The notes beneath the pieces were generated by a model that did no database searches, was not told where the DNA came from, and worked only from the letters and a program-made list of their open reading frames with translations. From Halomicrobium mukohataei DSM 12286 (GTDB taxonomy: Archaea > Halobacteriota > Halobacteria > Halobacteriales > Haloarculaceae), in the NCBI RefSeq assembly GCF_000023965.1, contig NC_013202.1:2430001-2462000 (forward strand): a stretch of 32,000 bases of DNA, given 5' to 3'. Below are positions 1 to 9,087 of this stretch, piece after piece; within the stretch, counting starts at the first letter, position 1, and each line of letters opens with the position of its first letter. The position numbers and the translations under genes are program-made.

Positions 1-1223
1 TTGCCCCGTCGCTACTCGTCGTCGAGGAGCCCTTCGCCGACGACGCGGCCGAGGCCCTCGCCGACGCCGACATCGACTGTCCGGTGCGCTCGCTGGCGAC
101 GGCGGGCGAGACGACCTGGGACCGCCTCGACGAATCGCTGCCGACCGACCGATCCCCCTACGACGGACCGACGCTGGAGCCGGCAGACCCACACCTGTTC
201 TTGCACACCGGCGGCTCGACGGGGACCCCCAAAGAGACCGTCGTCAGCCACGAGGCGATCGTCTGGAACGCGACCAACACCGTCACCGCCTGGGGGCTGC
301 GACCGGACGACGTGACGCCGCTGACGTTCCCGATGTTCCACACCGGCGGGTGGAACGTGTTGACGGTCCCGGTCTTTCACATGGGCGGGACCGTCGTCCT
401 CGCCCGAGAGTTCGATCCCGGTGAGGTGCTCGAACTGATCGAGGCGCGGTCGGCCACGCTCCTCGTCGCCGTCCCGGCGGTGTTGCGGATGATGGTCGAC
501 CACGATCGATGGGCCGAAACCGACCTCTCGACGCTGCGACTCGCCAAGTCCGGCGGCGGCCCCTGCCGAGAGTCGGTGCTGTCGGCGTGGTGGGACCGCG
601 GCGTCGACCTCTCACAGGGGTACGGGCTGACCGAGTGTGGCCCCAACAACTTCGCGATGCCCGACGACTGGCCCAGAGAGAAGGCCGACACAGTCGGCGT
701 CCCGAACGTCCACGTCGACGTGCGGATCGTCGACGACACCGGTGTGGAGCTGCCCCGCGGTGAGGTCGGTGAGCTCCATCTCCGGTCGCCCCACGCGGCG
801 ACGGAGTACTGGCACCGGCCGGAGGAAACCGCCGCGACGTTCCGTGACGACGGCTGGCTCGCGACCGGCGACCTCGCGCGAATCGACGACGACGGCTACG
901 TCAGTATCGAGGGCCGCAAGAAGAACATGTACATCAGCGGCGGCGAGAACGTCTTCCCCGCGGAAGTCGAGGACGCCGTCTCCGCCCATCCGAAGGTCGA
1001 GGACGCCGTCGTCGTGCCCGTCGACGACGACCAGTGGGGCGAGGTCGGTCGCGCCGTCGTCGTCGGCGACGACTCGCTCACGCTCGACGAACTCGCGTCC
1101 TTTCTGGACGGCCGACTCGCGCGGTACAAGCGGCCGAGAGACCTCGTCTTCGTCTCTGCGCTTCCCCGCAGCGGTCCGGACAAGATCGACCGCGACGCGG
1201 TCGCTGACGAGTACGGTTGCTGA
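1..1223 (+). CDS. AMP-dependent acyl-CoA synthetase/ligase (5' end upstream of the window)
   Basis: Frame 3 is open from base 3. Adenylate-forming motifs are present: LHTGGSTGTPKETV, GYGLTE and TGDLARIDDDGYVSIEGRKKNMYISGGENVFP. Too few residues precede the P-loop motif for a complete N-terminus. Confidence 0.9.
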   Translation, partial: APSLLVVEEPFADDAAEALADADIDCPVRSLATAGETTWDRLDESLPTDRSPYDGPTLEPADPHLFLHTGGSTGTPKETVVSHEAIVWNATNTVTAWGLRPDDVTPLTFPMFHTGGWNVLTVPVFHMGGTVVLAREFDPGEVLELIEARSATLLVAVPAVLRMMVDHDRWAETDLSTLRLAKSGGGPCRESVLSAWWDRGVDLSQGYGLTECGPNNFAMPDDWPREKADTVGVPNVHVDVRIVDDTGVELPRGEVGELHLRSPHAATEYWHRPEETAATFRDDGWLATGDLARIDDDGYVSIEGRKKNMYISGGENVFPAEVEDAVSAHPKVEDAVVVPVDDDQWGEVGRAVVVGDDSLTLDELASFLDGRLARYKRPRDLVFVSALPRSGPDKIDRDAVADEYGC

Positions 1224-1234
1224 TACCGTCGGCT

Positions 1235-1322
1235 CTCATACGGACGGTTGTAGGCGTTTACCCAGTCGACCGCACGACAGCGTGCGGTCGATCTGGTAAA
1301 GACCTACAACTTTCCGTATCAG
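1235..1322. repeat. 88-nt long imperfect palindrome just after the ligase stop; its core is an 11-bp perfect hairpin (1266-1276 / 1281-1291)
   Basis: CTCATACGGACGGTTGTAGGCGTTTACCCAGTCGACCGCACG-ACAG-CGTGCGGTCGATCTGGTAAAGACCTACAACTTTCCGTATCAG. The arms match apart from a few mismatches or bulges. Confidence 0.7.
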
Positions 1323-1485
1323 TCTGTGATGAACGGGCCACCGCCGGACGGCGACCGTCGTGGGACGGTGGGGGTCGGCAGTACGGTCCGGCGACGGTAT
1401 CAACGCAGTAACACCTCCCTACTACCTTCGAGGGCGGAATTGTTTATCATGGTCTAGCGTGTGGAATAGGGCGGAAGGTCGTCGC

Positions 1486-2187
1486 ATGATCGAACTATCA
1501 ATGGACGTAGAGCAGTACGACTGTCCGTTTATCGATACGACGGCAGATCACGCTCTCTCCTTTTCGGCCGTCCACTGGGACTTCGATCGGCGAACGCGGG
1601 AGTTAGAGACGCGGATGGTCGTCGAGGGTGCCGACCGGGAGGAACTCTCCGTGGGCCTCGAAACGCTGCGCGACCACGGGAACATGAACGACTGCTCGCT
1701 CGTGGCGCGGCGCGACAACGTCGCCCAGATCAGGACGGTCATCGCCGAGACCGACGCGATGGCGACGATCAGGAGCAACGACGGCTACGTCACCGGCCCC
1801 TTCTACATCGAGGACGGGAGCGAGGTCTGGCACGTCGGATTCGACGCGAGTAGCGAGGCCGACAGCGCCCTCTCGGAGCTCGACCGGAACAACGAGTACG
1901 AGGTCGTCGAGCGCACCGACACCTCTCTCCCGGAGATGGGCGATCTGGTGCAAAACGCCGGTGCGGCGATGACGCTGATCGAGGGGTGTCAGGACCTCTC
2001 GGACACCGAACGCGAGACGCTGGAGGCCGCCGTCTCCAGTGGCTACTTCGAGACGCCACGGGACGCCACCCTCGGGAGCCTGGCCGACGAGTTCGGCGTG
2101 TCCAAGCCGGCGGTCTCGAAGAACCTCCGCCGGGGGCAACGGAAGATGATCCACCGCGTCGTCACGGCGCTGGACGACATCGAGTAG
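1486..2187 (+). CDS. HTH_10 (bacterio-opsin-activator-type) DNA-binding regulator
   Basis: Start taken at ATG 1486 (MIELSMDVEQYDCPF). The C-terminus LSDTERETLEAAVSSGYFETPRDATLGSLADEFGVSKPAVSKNLRRGQRKM is a typical HTH_10 domain. The protein is acidic. Confidence 0.8.
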   Translation: MIELSMDVEQYDCPFIDTTADHALSFSAVHWDFDRRTRELETRMVVEGADREELSVGLETLRDHGNMNDCSLVARRDNVAQIRTVIAETDAMATIRSNDGYVTGPFYIEDGSEVWHVGFDASSEADSALSELDRNNEYEVVERTDTSLPEMGDLVQNAGAAMTLIEGCQDLSDTERETLEAAVSSGYFETPRDATLGSLADEFGVSKPAVSKNLRRGQRKMIHRVVTALDDIE

Positions 2188-2252
2188 CGCTCTCTCTCGT
2201 TAACATGTAAACCTTCGTGTCTTTGTGACTGTGGGGCTAGTCATTATTCGTT

Positions 2253-3668
2253 ATGAACCGGACTGTCACGAGACGGCGTGCGATCCGATCGCTTGGTGCT
2301 GCGGGCGTCGTCGCGCTCGCGGGCTGTACCGGCGACGGTGGTGACGGCGACACGGCGGCGAGTGGCGACGGCGGCGACACGGAGACAAACATGCAAGACA
2401 CGTCGACGACACAGTCGAGTTCGGACAGCCTCACGATCGGTGTCCTCCAGCCGCTCTCGGGGGACCTGGCGTACTACGGTCAGCAGGGCCTCTGGGGACT
2501 GCTCTCCGGGCTCTCGTACAAGGCCGACGCCGATCCGCCCACCGACGTGGGCACCGGGACGACGACACTCTCGGTCGGCGACGTGGAGTACGAGCTGATC
2601 GTCCGCGACACGGAGTTCACCGCCGACGGCGCGCAGTCGGCCGCGACGGATCTGGTGAGCAACGAAGGGGTCGACATGCTCTTTGGCTGTTCGTCCTCGG
2701 GTGCGGCCTCGCGTGTCATCACCAACGTCGTGAAGGCGTCGTCGGTCCCGATGATGGTCGGGCCGGCGGCGTCGGCGGGGATCACCTCCGAGAGCGAGAC
2801 CTGCGGCGATCTGGTGTACCGTGCCAGCGAGAACACGGCGATGGACGCCCGCTCTGGCGGCCGGTACGTCGCCACCGAGACCGACGTATCACGGGTGTAC
2901 CTGTTCGGCGCGGACTACAGCTTCGGCCGGGCCGTCGTCAACAACTACCGATCGGTGCTGGAGTCCGAGGGCATCGAGATCGTCGGCGAGCGGTTCGTCA
3001 ACCAGGGGTACTCGGAGTGGGACGGGCTGCTGGAAAACGCCGAAGACGCGGGCGCGGAGGGGATCGTCGGCGGGTTCACCGTCGCGACGCTCCCGAACCT
3101 GTTCAGCGCTTTCCTCTCGGGCGAGTACTCCTATCGCGCCTTCGGCGGGTTCGCCACCCGGATCACGAACGCCGTCGTCGGCCAGACGATGCAGCGCGTG
3201 CTCGGCGACCCGCTCACAGAGGAGAAAATCGAGGGCGCGGGACTGGGACCGTTCACGACGCGCTACCACTGGAACCAGTACGACAACCCGATCAACGACG
3301 CCTTCGTCGAGTCGTACACGAACGCCTACGGCGTCGTTCCCGACCTCTTTACCGCAGGCACGTTCACGGGCGCGTCGGCGATCCACCAGGCCGTCACCGA
3401 GGGCGGCTCGACGGATCCGGACGACATCACGGGCGCGCTCAAGGGGATGACCGTCACCGACACGCCGAAAGGCGAGAACGGCTACACCTTCCAGGAGTAC
3501 AACAATCAGGCCCGTTCGGAGATGACCGTCGCCAACCCCGTTCCGACACAGGACCAGTGGGCCGACAGCTGGGACTCGCTCATCCAGCCCGGCGACCCCC
3601 TGGCTCGGATCTCCGGGGATCAGGTAACGATTCCGGCAGACAGCGACGACATGAACTGCTCGTTGTAA
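2253..3668 (+). CDS. livJ: Liv-type (Peripla_BP_6-like) ABC transporter substrate-binding lipoprotein
   Basis: N-terminal Tat motif plus lipobox (TRRRAIRSLGAAGVVALAGC), then a Thr/Ser/Asp linker. It sits first in an operon with two ATPases and two permeases. Confidence 0.8.
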   Translation: MNRTVTRRRAIRSLGAAGVVALAGCTGDGGDGDTAASGDGGDTETNMQDTSTTQSSSDSLTIGVLQPLSGDLAYYGQQGLWGLLSGLSYKADADPPTDVGTGTTTLSVGDVEYELIVRDTEFTADGAQSAATDLVSNEGVDMLFGCSSSGAASRVITNVVKASSVPMMVGPAASAGITSESETCGDLVYRASENTAMDARSGGRYVATETDVSRVYLFGADYSFGRAVVNNYRSVLESEGIEIVGERFVNQGYSEWDGLLENAEDAGAEGIVGGFTVATLPNLFSAFLSGEYSYRAFGGFATRITNAVVGQTMQRVLGDPLTEEKIEGAGLGPFTTRYHWNQYDNPINDAFVESYTNAYGVVPDLFTAGTFTGASAIHQAVTEGGSTDPDDITGALKGMTVTDTPKGENGYTFQEYNNQARSEMTVANPVPTQDQWADSWDSLIQPGDPLARISGDQVTIPADSDDMNCSL

Positions 3669-3669
3669 C

Positions 3670-4470
3670 ATGCTCAGGACGCGGGGACTCACGAAGCGGT
3701 TCGGCGGCATCACGGCGGTCGACGGCGTCGACTTCGACCTCGGGTCGGAGCTGTGCTCGCTGATCGGGCCCAACGGCGCGGGCAAGACGACGTTCTTCGA
3801 CCTGCTGACGGGCGAACTGGAGCCGACAGACGGACGGATCGAGTTCCGTCACGACGGCGAGTGGGTGGACGTGACGGCGACGCCCCCGTCCGAGATCGCG
3901 AGCCTCGGCGTCCACCGCTCGTACCAGATCACGAACGTCTTCCCGACCTCGACGGTGCTCGAAAACGTCAGGGTCGCCGTACAGGCCCACAGCGACCACT
4001 CGGCGACGTTCTGGCGGACAAGCGACGCCTACGAGGCGGATCTGACCGCGGCTCGCGACATCCTCGAACGGGTCGGGCTGTCCGAGCGGGCCGACGACCT
4101 CGCTCAGAACCTCAGCCACGGAGCGGGCCGACAGCTCGAAGTGGCGATCGCGCTGGCCGGCGACCCGGACGTGCTCTTGCTCGACGAACCGAACGCCGGT
4201 GTCAGCTCCGAGAGCGTCGACGACATCGTCGCGCTCATCGAGGACGTGGCCCGGGACCACGCGGTCCTGCTCGTCGAGCACAACATGGACATCGTGATGG
4301 AGGTCTCGGACCGCGTGGTCGTCCTGAACCAGGGCTCGGTGATCGCCGACGGCGATCCCAGCGACGTGCGGGCCGATCCGGCCGTCCAGGAGGCGTATCT
4401 CGGCGGCTACGAGACCGGCGACCTGGCCGAAGACGGCGACGAGCCGGGCGAGCCCGAGGGGGTCGCGTAG
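3670..4470 (+). CDS. livG: ABC transporter ATP-binding protein, LivG-like
   Basis: Walker A GPNGAGKTT, signature LSHGAGRQLE, Walker B LLLDEP. ATG lies 2 nt after the upstream stop. Confidence 0.9.
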   Translation: MLRTRGLTKRFGGITAVDGVDFDLGSELCSLIGPNGAGKTTFFDLLTGELEPTDGRIEFRHDGEWVDVTATPPSEIASLGVHRSYQITNVFPTSTVLENVRVAVQAHSDHSATFWRTSDAYEADLTAARDILERVGLSERADDLAQNLSHGAGRQLEVAIALAGDPDVLLLDEPNAGVSSESVDDIVALIEDVARDHAVLLVEHNMDIVMEVSDRVVVLNQGSVIADGDPSDVRADPAVQEAYLGGYETGDLAEDGDEPGEPEGVA

Positions 4471-4471
4471 C

Positions 4472-5170
4472 GTGGCCCTGCTCGACGTGGCCGACATCGA
4501 GACGTACTACGGCGAGAGCCACGTCCTCGAAGGCGTCTCTCTGTCGGTCGAACGTGGCGACGTGGTCGCGTTGATGGGTCGCAACGGCGTCGGGAAGACG
4601 ACGACGCTGCGCTCGATCCTCCAGTTGACGCCCCCGCGGTCGGGGAGCGTGACCTACGACGGGACCGACCTCGTCGGCCGCCGGACGCACGAGGTCGCGG
4701 CGATGGGCGTCGGGTGGATTCCCGAGGACCGACGGATCTTCACCCAGCTGAGCGTCGCGGAGAACCTCCGCGTGTCGGTGCCCGACGGCGACGACGACGC
4801 CGAGGCGCTGTCGATCGCCTTCGAGACGTTCCCGATCCTCGAACAGCGCCGCGATCAGGCGGCCGGCACGCTCTCGGGGGGCCAACAGCAGATGCTCGCA
4901 CTCGGCCGCGGACTGGTCGGGGACAACGATCTCCTGCTGGTGGACGAACCCAGCGAGGGGCTCGCCCCCCAGATCGTCGCCGACGTGGCCGACGCACTGG
5001 CCGCGGCCGCCAGCGAGACGACGATGCTGCTGGTCGAGCAGAACCTCCCGCTGGCGCTGGATCTGGCCGACCGATTCTACGTCCTCGACAACGGGCGGGT
5101 CGTCGACGAGGGCGACGCCGACGCGGTGTCGGCCGACGACGACCGGCTCAGGAGGTACCTATCTGCATGA
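4472..5170 (+). CDS. livF: ABC transporter ATP-binding protein, LivF-like
   Basis: GTG start 2 nt after the livG stop. Motifs GRNGVGKTT, LSGGQQQMLA and LLLVDEPSEGL. Confidence 0.9.
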   Translation: MALLDVADIETYYGESHVLEGVSLSVERGDVVALMGRNGVGKTTTLRSILQLTPPRSGSVTYDGTDLVGRRTHEVAAMGVGWIPEDRRIFTQLSVAENLRVSVPDGDDDAEALSIAFETFPILEQRRDQAAGTLSGGQQQMLALGRGLVGDNDLLLVDEPSEGLAPQIVADVADALAAAASETTMLLVEQNLPLALDLADRFYVLDNGRVVDEGDADAVSADDDRLRRYLSA

Positions 5171-6204
5171 CGCTCGCGCTCGAACTGGCCCAGCAGGTCC
5201 TCTTGCAGGTGGGTTTCGTCGACGGCCTCGCCGAGTTCGTCCGGCCGGGCACGTTCGCTGAGGTCGTCCTCCGGGGGCTCTCGAAGGCGGCGATCTACGT
5301 CATGATCGCGGCCGGGCTGACGCTGATCTTCGGGCTGCTGGGCGTGCTGAACTTCGCCCACGGTGCGCTGACGATGATCGGGGCGTACCTCGGCGGCCTC
5401 GTGATGGTCCTGACGGTGGCACAGGGAACGGGGCCGTGGGCTCGGCTGGCGCTGTTTTTCGTGGCGATGGCGGTCGTCTTCGGCTTGCTGTCGGCACTGG
5501 GTGGGTCCATCGAGGTGAGCCTGATCCGGCCGCTGTACGATCGGCCGCCGATCTACCAGATCCTGCTGACCTTCGGCGTGACGCTCGTGCTCGAAGAGCT
5601 GGCCCGGATCGTCGTCGGCTTCTACGGCCTCCAGCCCCTCGCGGAGTGGCAGGCCGCGCTCGGGACGATCCCTGCTTTTCTGGAAACGTCGCAGTCGCTT
5701 GGCCCGGTCTCCGTGCGCGGACTCGCGCTGTTCGAGATCTTCCTCGGCGCGCTGACGGTCGCTGCCATCTGGGGATTCCTCACGCGCACGCGCTACGGCC
5801 TGTTCATCAGGGCCGGGAGCGAGGACAGCGAGATGGCGGAGGCGCTCGGCATCGACGTGCGGCGGGTCTTCACGGTCGTCTTCGCGCTGGGTGCGGGCGT
5901 CGCGGGCGTCGCCGGCACGCTCCTGATGTGGGACCCGGTCTGGGGAGCGAGCGTCCCGCTGGCCGCCGAGTCGCTGTTGCCGGCGTTCGTCGTCGTCATC
6001 ATCGGCGGGCTCGGCACGTTCCGAGGGACGGTCGTGGGTGGGCTGATCGTCGGCCTCGTCGACGCGACGACGACCTGGTGGTTCCAGAACGTCGTCGTCG
6101 AGTGGACCTGGCTCCCGGAGGTCGCCATCTTCATGATCCTCGTCGTGGCGCTGATCGTCCGTCCGCAGGGGATCTACGGCGTCGAGGAGGTGGGGGGCCA
6201 TTAG
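5167..6204 (+). CDS. livH: Branched-chain-type ABC transporter permease, LivH-like
   Basis: ATG 5167 overlaps the livF stop (ATGA). Multi-pass hydrophobic protein with LNFAHGAL, typical of LivH. The part of ORF 4714..6204 upstream of 5167 is an Arg-rich out-of-frame read through livF. Confidence 0.85.
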   Translation: MTLALELAQQVLLQVGFVDGLAEFVRPGTFAEVVLRGLSKAAIYVMIAAGLTLIFGLLGVLNFAHGALTMIGAYLGGLVMVLTVAQGTGPWARLALFFVAMAVVFGLLSALGGSIEVSLIRPLYDRPPIYQILLTFGVTLVLEELARIVVGFYGLQPLAEWQAALGTIPAFLETSQSLGPVSVRGLALFEIFLGALTVAAIWGFLTRTRYGLFIRAGSEDSEMAEALGIDVRRVFTVVFALGAGVAGVAGTLLMWDPVWGASVPLAAESLLPAFVVVIIGGLGTFRGTVVGGLIVGLVDATTTWWFQNVVVEWTWLPEVAIFMILVVALIVRPQGIYGVEEVGGH

Positions 6205-6271
6205 CGTCTCCACCCGTCTCCGACAGCGTGTCCGGGCCAGCTGGCCGGTCGCGTCCGTCGAGCGCCACCAG

Positions 6272-7468
6272 GTGTATCTCGTCGTCGTCGGGCTGCTGGC
6301 GTGTTACCCCGCGATCTATCACCTCCTGACCCACTCGCCACTGGGCGAGGTGGCCGTCACCGTCCTCCCGCGGATGGAGACGATGGTCGCCGTGCTGTAC
6401 TTCTCTCTCTTTGCGATGTCGTTCGACTTCATCAGCGGCTACACCGGCTACCTCTCGTTCGGCCACGCGGCGTTCTACGGCACCGGCGCGTACACCGTCC
6501 TCCTGATCGCCAACGGGAAGGTCCCGCTCTTGGGTCCCGAGACGCCGTTCCTGGTGGCACTCGTCGTCGGCGCGGTCCTCGCGACGGTGCTCGCGGTGGT
6601 GATCGGCCTGGTCTCGTTCAGGCTGACCGGGGTCTACTTCGCGATGATCACCCTCGGTTTCGCACAGGTGCTGTACGTCTTCGTCCGGGACTGGGACTAC
6701 GTCGGCTCGAACCCCCGTGACGGGATCGCGCTGAGCGGAGCCCGCGGCTTCGAGCTGGGCGTGCCCTACGTCGATCAGCTGACCGTCTCGCTGGGCACGC
6801 TGACCGGCGACACGCTGGCGCTCGCGGGCCACACCCTCGGGACGACGACGGTCTCCTTTTACGCCGTGGGTGTCGTCGTCCTCCTGTGTTTCGCGGCGAT
6901 GCAGCGGATCCTCCACTCGCCCTTCGGCCGCGTCATGGTCGCGATCCGCGAGAACGAGGACCGCGCCGAGGCCATCGGTTACGACACCTTCCGCTACAAG
7001 CTGGGCGCGTTCGCGATCAGCGGCTTCTTCGGCGGCGTCGCCGGGGGACTGCTCGCGGGGTTCAAACGCTCCGTGACCCCCGAGTCCGGGTTCTACTTCC
7101 TGACCAGCGGCGACGCGCTGCTGGCCAGCATCATCGGCGGATTCGGGACCCTCGCCGGCCCGCTCTGGGGCCACCTGTTCGACGAGACCGTCCGGGAGTT
7201 CCTCTCGAATCGGGGCCAGGGCGGCGGCCTGCTCCCGTATCTGGAACAGACGCTCTCGGAGGAGTTTCTGACGACCGAACTCGTCGGCGGGCTCACGGTC
7301 GAGGGCTTCATCACCGCCGCGCTGAACGGCCACGCGAGCCTCTACGTCGGTATCGTCTTCGTCCTGTTCGTCCTCTACGTCCCCGACGGGATCGTCGGCA
7401 CGGTCCGCTCGCGGCTGGGCGGTCGGGTCGCGCGGCGGCTCCCCGAACGGCTGTGGGGTGAGCGGTGA
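6272..7468 (+). CDS. livM: Branched-chain-type ABC transporter permease, LivM-like
   Basis: GTG 6272 is the first start codon in the open frame. Hydrophobic protein with YTGYLSFGHAAFYGTGAY, typical of LivM. Confidence 0.85.
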   Translation: MYLVVVGLLACYPAIYHLLTHSPLGEVAVTVLPRMETMVAVLYFSLFAMSFDFISGYTGYLSFGHAAFYGTGAYTVLLIANGKVPLLGPETPFLVALVVGAVLATVLAVVIGLVSFRLTGVYFAMITLGFAQVLYVFVRDWDYVGSNPRDGIALSGARGFELGVPYVDQLTVSLGTLTGDTLALAGHTLGTTTVSFYAVGVVVLLCFAAMQRILHSPFGRVMVAIRENEDRAEAIGYDTFRYKLGAFAISGFFGGVAGGLLAGFKRSVTPESGFYFLTSGDALLASIIGGFGTLAGPLWGHLFDETVREFLSNRGQGGGLLPYLEQTLSEEFLTTELVGGLTVEGFITAALNGHASLYVGIVFVLFVLYVPDGIVGTVRSRLGGRVARRLPERLWGER

Positions 7469-8475
7469 CGGTCCACTGCACCGGCCTCGCCGTCGCGTTG
7501 CCCGAGGCGACGATCTCCGGTGCGACGATCGCCGAGCGCTCGGGTATCCCCGAGTCGGTCGTCGTCGAGAAGATGGGTATCCGCGAGAAGCGCGTTGCCC
7601 GCGACGAACACCCCAGCGACCTCTGTGTCGAGGCGGGACGGCGGGCGCTGGACGACGCTGGCGTCGACGCCGCGGCTCTGGACCTGGTCAGCTACCACGG
7701 GAGCGAGCTGAAAGACCACGTCGTCTGGAGCCTCGCCGCGGACGTGGCCGAGCGGCTGGGCGCGAGCGACGCCTACGCCAGCGAGAGCTACGCGCTCTGT
7801 GCCGGCGCGCCGATCGCGATCCGAGAGGCGGCCGCACAGATCCGGACGGGCTCGATCGACCGCGCGCTGCTGGTCGCCGCGAGTCGCGAGGAGGACCTCG
7901 TCGACTACGGGGACCCGGACACCTCCTTCATGTTCAACTTCGGGAGCGGGGCGAGCGCGATGGTCCTCGAACGGGACGCCGGGGAGCGCGCCATCGCGAC
8001 CGTCCGCGAGAGCGCCGCGATCACGGACGGGAGCTTCTCGCGCGACGTGATCGTCCCGGCCGGCGGGACCGTCCAGCCCCCCTCGAACGCCACCGTCGAA
8101 GAGGGTCGCCACTCCCTGCGCGTCCCGGACCACGAGTCGATGAAAGCGCGACTCGCCGAGGTGAGTCTGCCGAACTTCCTCGCGGTGGCCGACGACGCCC
8201 TCGACGCCTCGGGCTACGACCGCGACGCCGTCGACTTCGCTGCCATCACCCACATGAAGCGGTCGTTCCACGACCACCTCTGTGACCAGTTCGGGCTGGG
8301 CGAGCGCGAGCACCTGTATCTGGACGAGTACGGTCACGTCCAGAGCGTCGACCAGGCGCTCGCGACCCGCGAGGCCAGAGATCGCGGCTGGCTCGACGAC
8401 GGAGACGTGGTCCTCTTTCTCGCCGCCGGGACGGGCTACACGTGGGCGGCGACGGTGCTGGAGTGGCGCGGCTAA
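7465..8475 (+). CDS. KAS-III (FabH)-like thiolase-fold condensing enzyme/acyltransferase
   Basis: The GTG start overlaps the livM stop (GTGA). FabH-like layout: candidate nucleophile in SYALCAGAP, His in AITHMK, C-terminal GHVQSVD...AAGTGYTW. Confidence 0.75.
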   Translation: MTVHCTGLAVALPEATISGATIAERSGIPESVVVEKMGIREKRVARDEHPSDLCVEAGRRALDDAGVDAAALDLVSYHGSELKDHVVWSLAADVAERLGASDAYASESYALCAGAPIAIREAAAQIRTGSIDRALLVAASREEDLVDYGDPDTSFMFNFGSGASAMVLERDAGERAIATVRESAAITDGSFSRDVIVPAGGTVQPPSNATVEEGRHSLRVPDHESMKARLAEVSLPNFLAVADDALDASGYDRDAVDFAAITHMKRSFHDHLCDQFGLGEREHLYLDEYGHVQSVDQALATREARDRGWLDDGDVVLFLAAGTGYTWAATVLEWRG

Positions 8476-8482
8476 CCCCTCG

Positions 8483-8974
8483 CTACCTCCGGGGCTCGTC
8501 CGCCTGTGCTCGGCCCACACGCTCGTACCCGGTCCTGGCGGCCGTGATCGTCCGGTAGAGCGTCCCGACGACCGCGAGCGCCAGCGCGCCAGCGAGCACC
8601 AGCACGCTCGTCGAGCCGGTCTCGATGGCCCACGGAACGGTCATCGCGAGGAAGCGACCGATGGCGACGACGCTCGCGACGACGGTGACACCGATCGCGA
8701 GGTACCTGAGTCGTCGCTGGATCGGTCCGCCGCGGTCGAGCACGCCGACTCCGTGCAGCTGGACCAGCGCGCTCTCGACGGCGAGCCACAGCGCCACCGC
8801 TCCGGCGACGAATGGCCCGACGAGTGCCAGCGGCTCCGGAACTGTGAGTCCGAGGAGATCGAGCACCGTCACGGCCCCGCCGACGAGGAGAGCGAACGTC
8901 AGCGGGGCGAGCAACACGACCGAACTGAACAGGGCGGCCACGGTCCGGGCGACCGATCGAGCGCTGGGGGACAT
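8483..8974 (-). CDS. Hypothetical integral membrane protein (about 4 TM segments)
   Basis: Start taken at ATG 8974 (MSPSARSVARTVAALFSSVVLLAPL...). Hydrophobic segments alternate with short loops. Recognised only as a membrane protein. Confidence 0.6.
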   Translation of the reverse strand: MSPSARSVARTVAALFSSVVLLAPLTFALLVGGAVTVLDLLGLTVPEPLALVGPFVAGAVALWLAVESALVQLHGVGVLDRGGPIQRRLRYLAIGVTVVASVVAIGRFLAMTVPWAIETGSTSVLVLAGALALAVVGTLYRTITAARTGYERVGRAQADEPRR

Positions 8975-9087
8975 ACGATACGCGACATTTGCCAGTGCAA
9001 AAAGTGTCGGGGGCCGCGAGCGCGCCAGAGCCACACGCACGCTGTCGAGGTCACACACTTATCTCGCTCGCGGGCGACCCTACTCGC

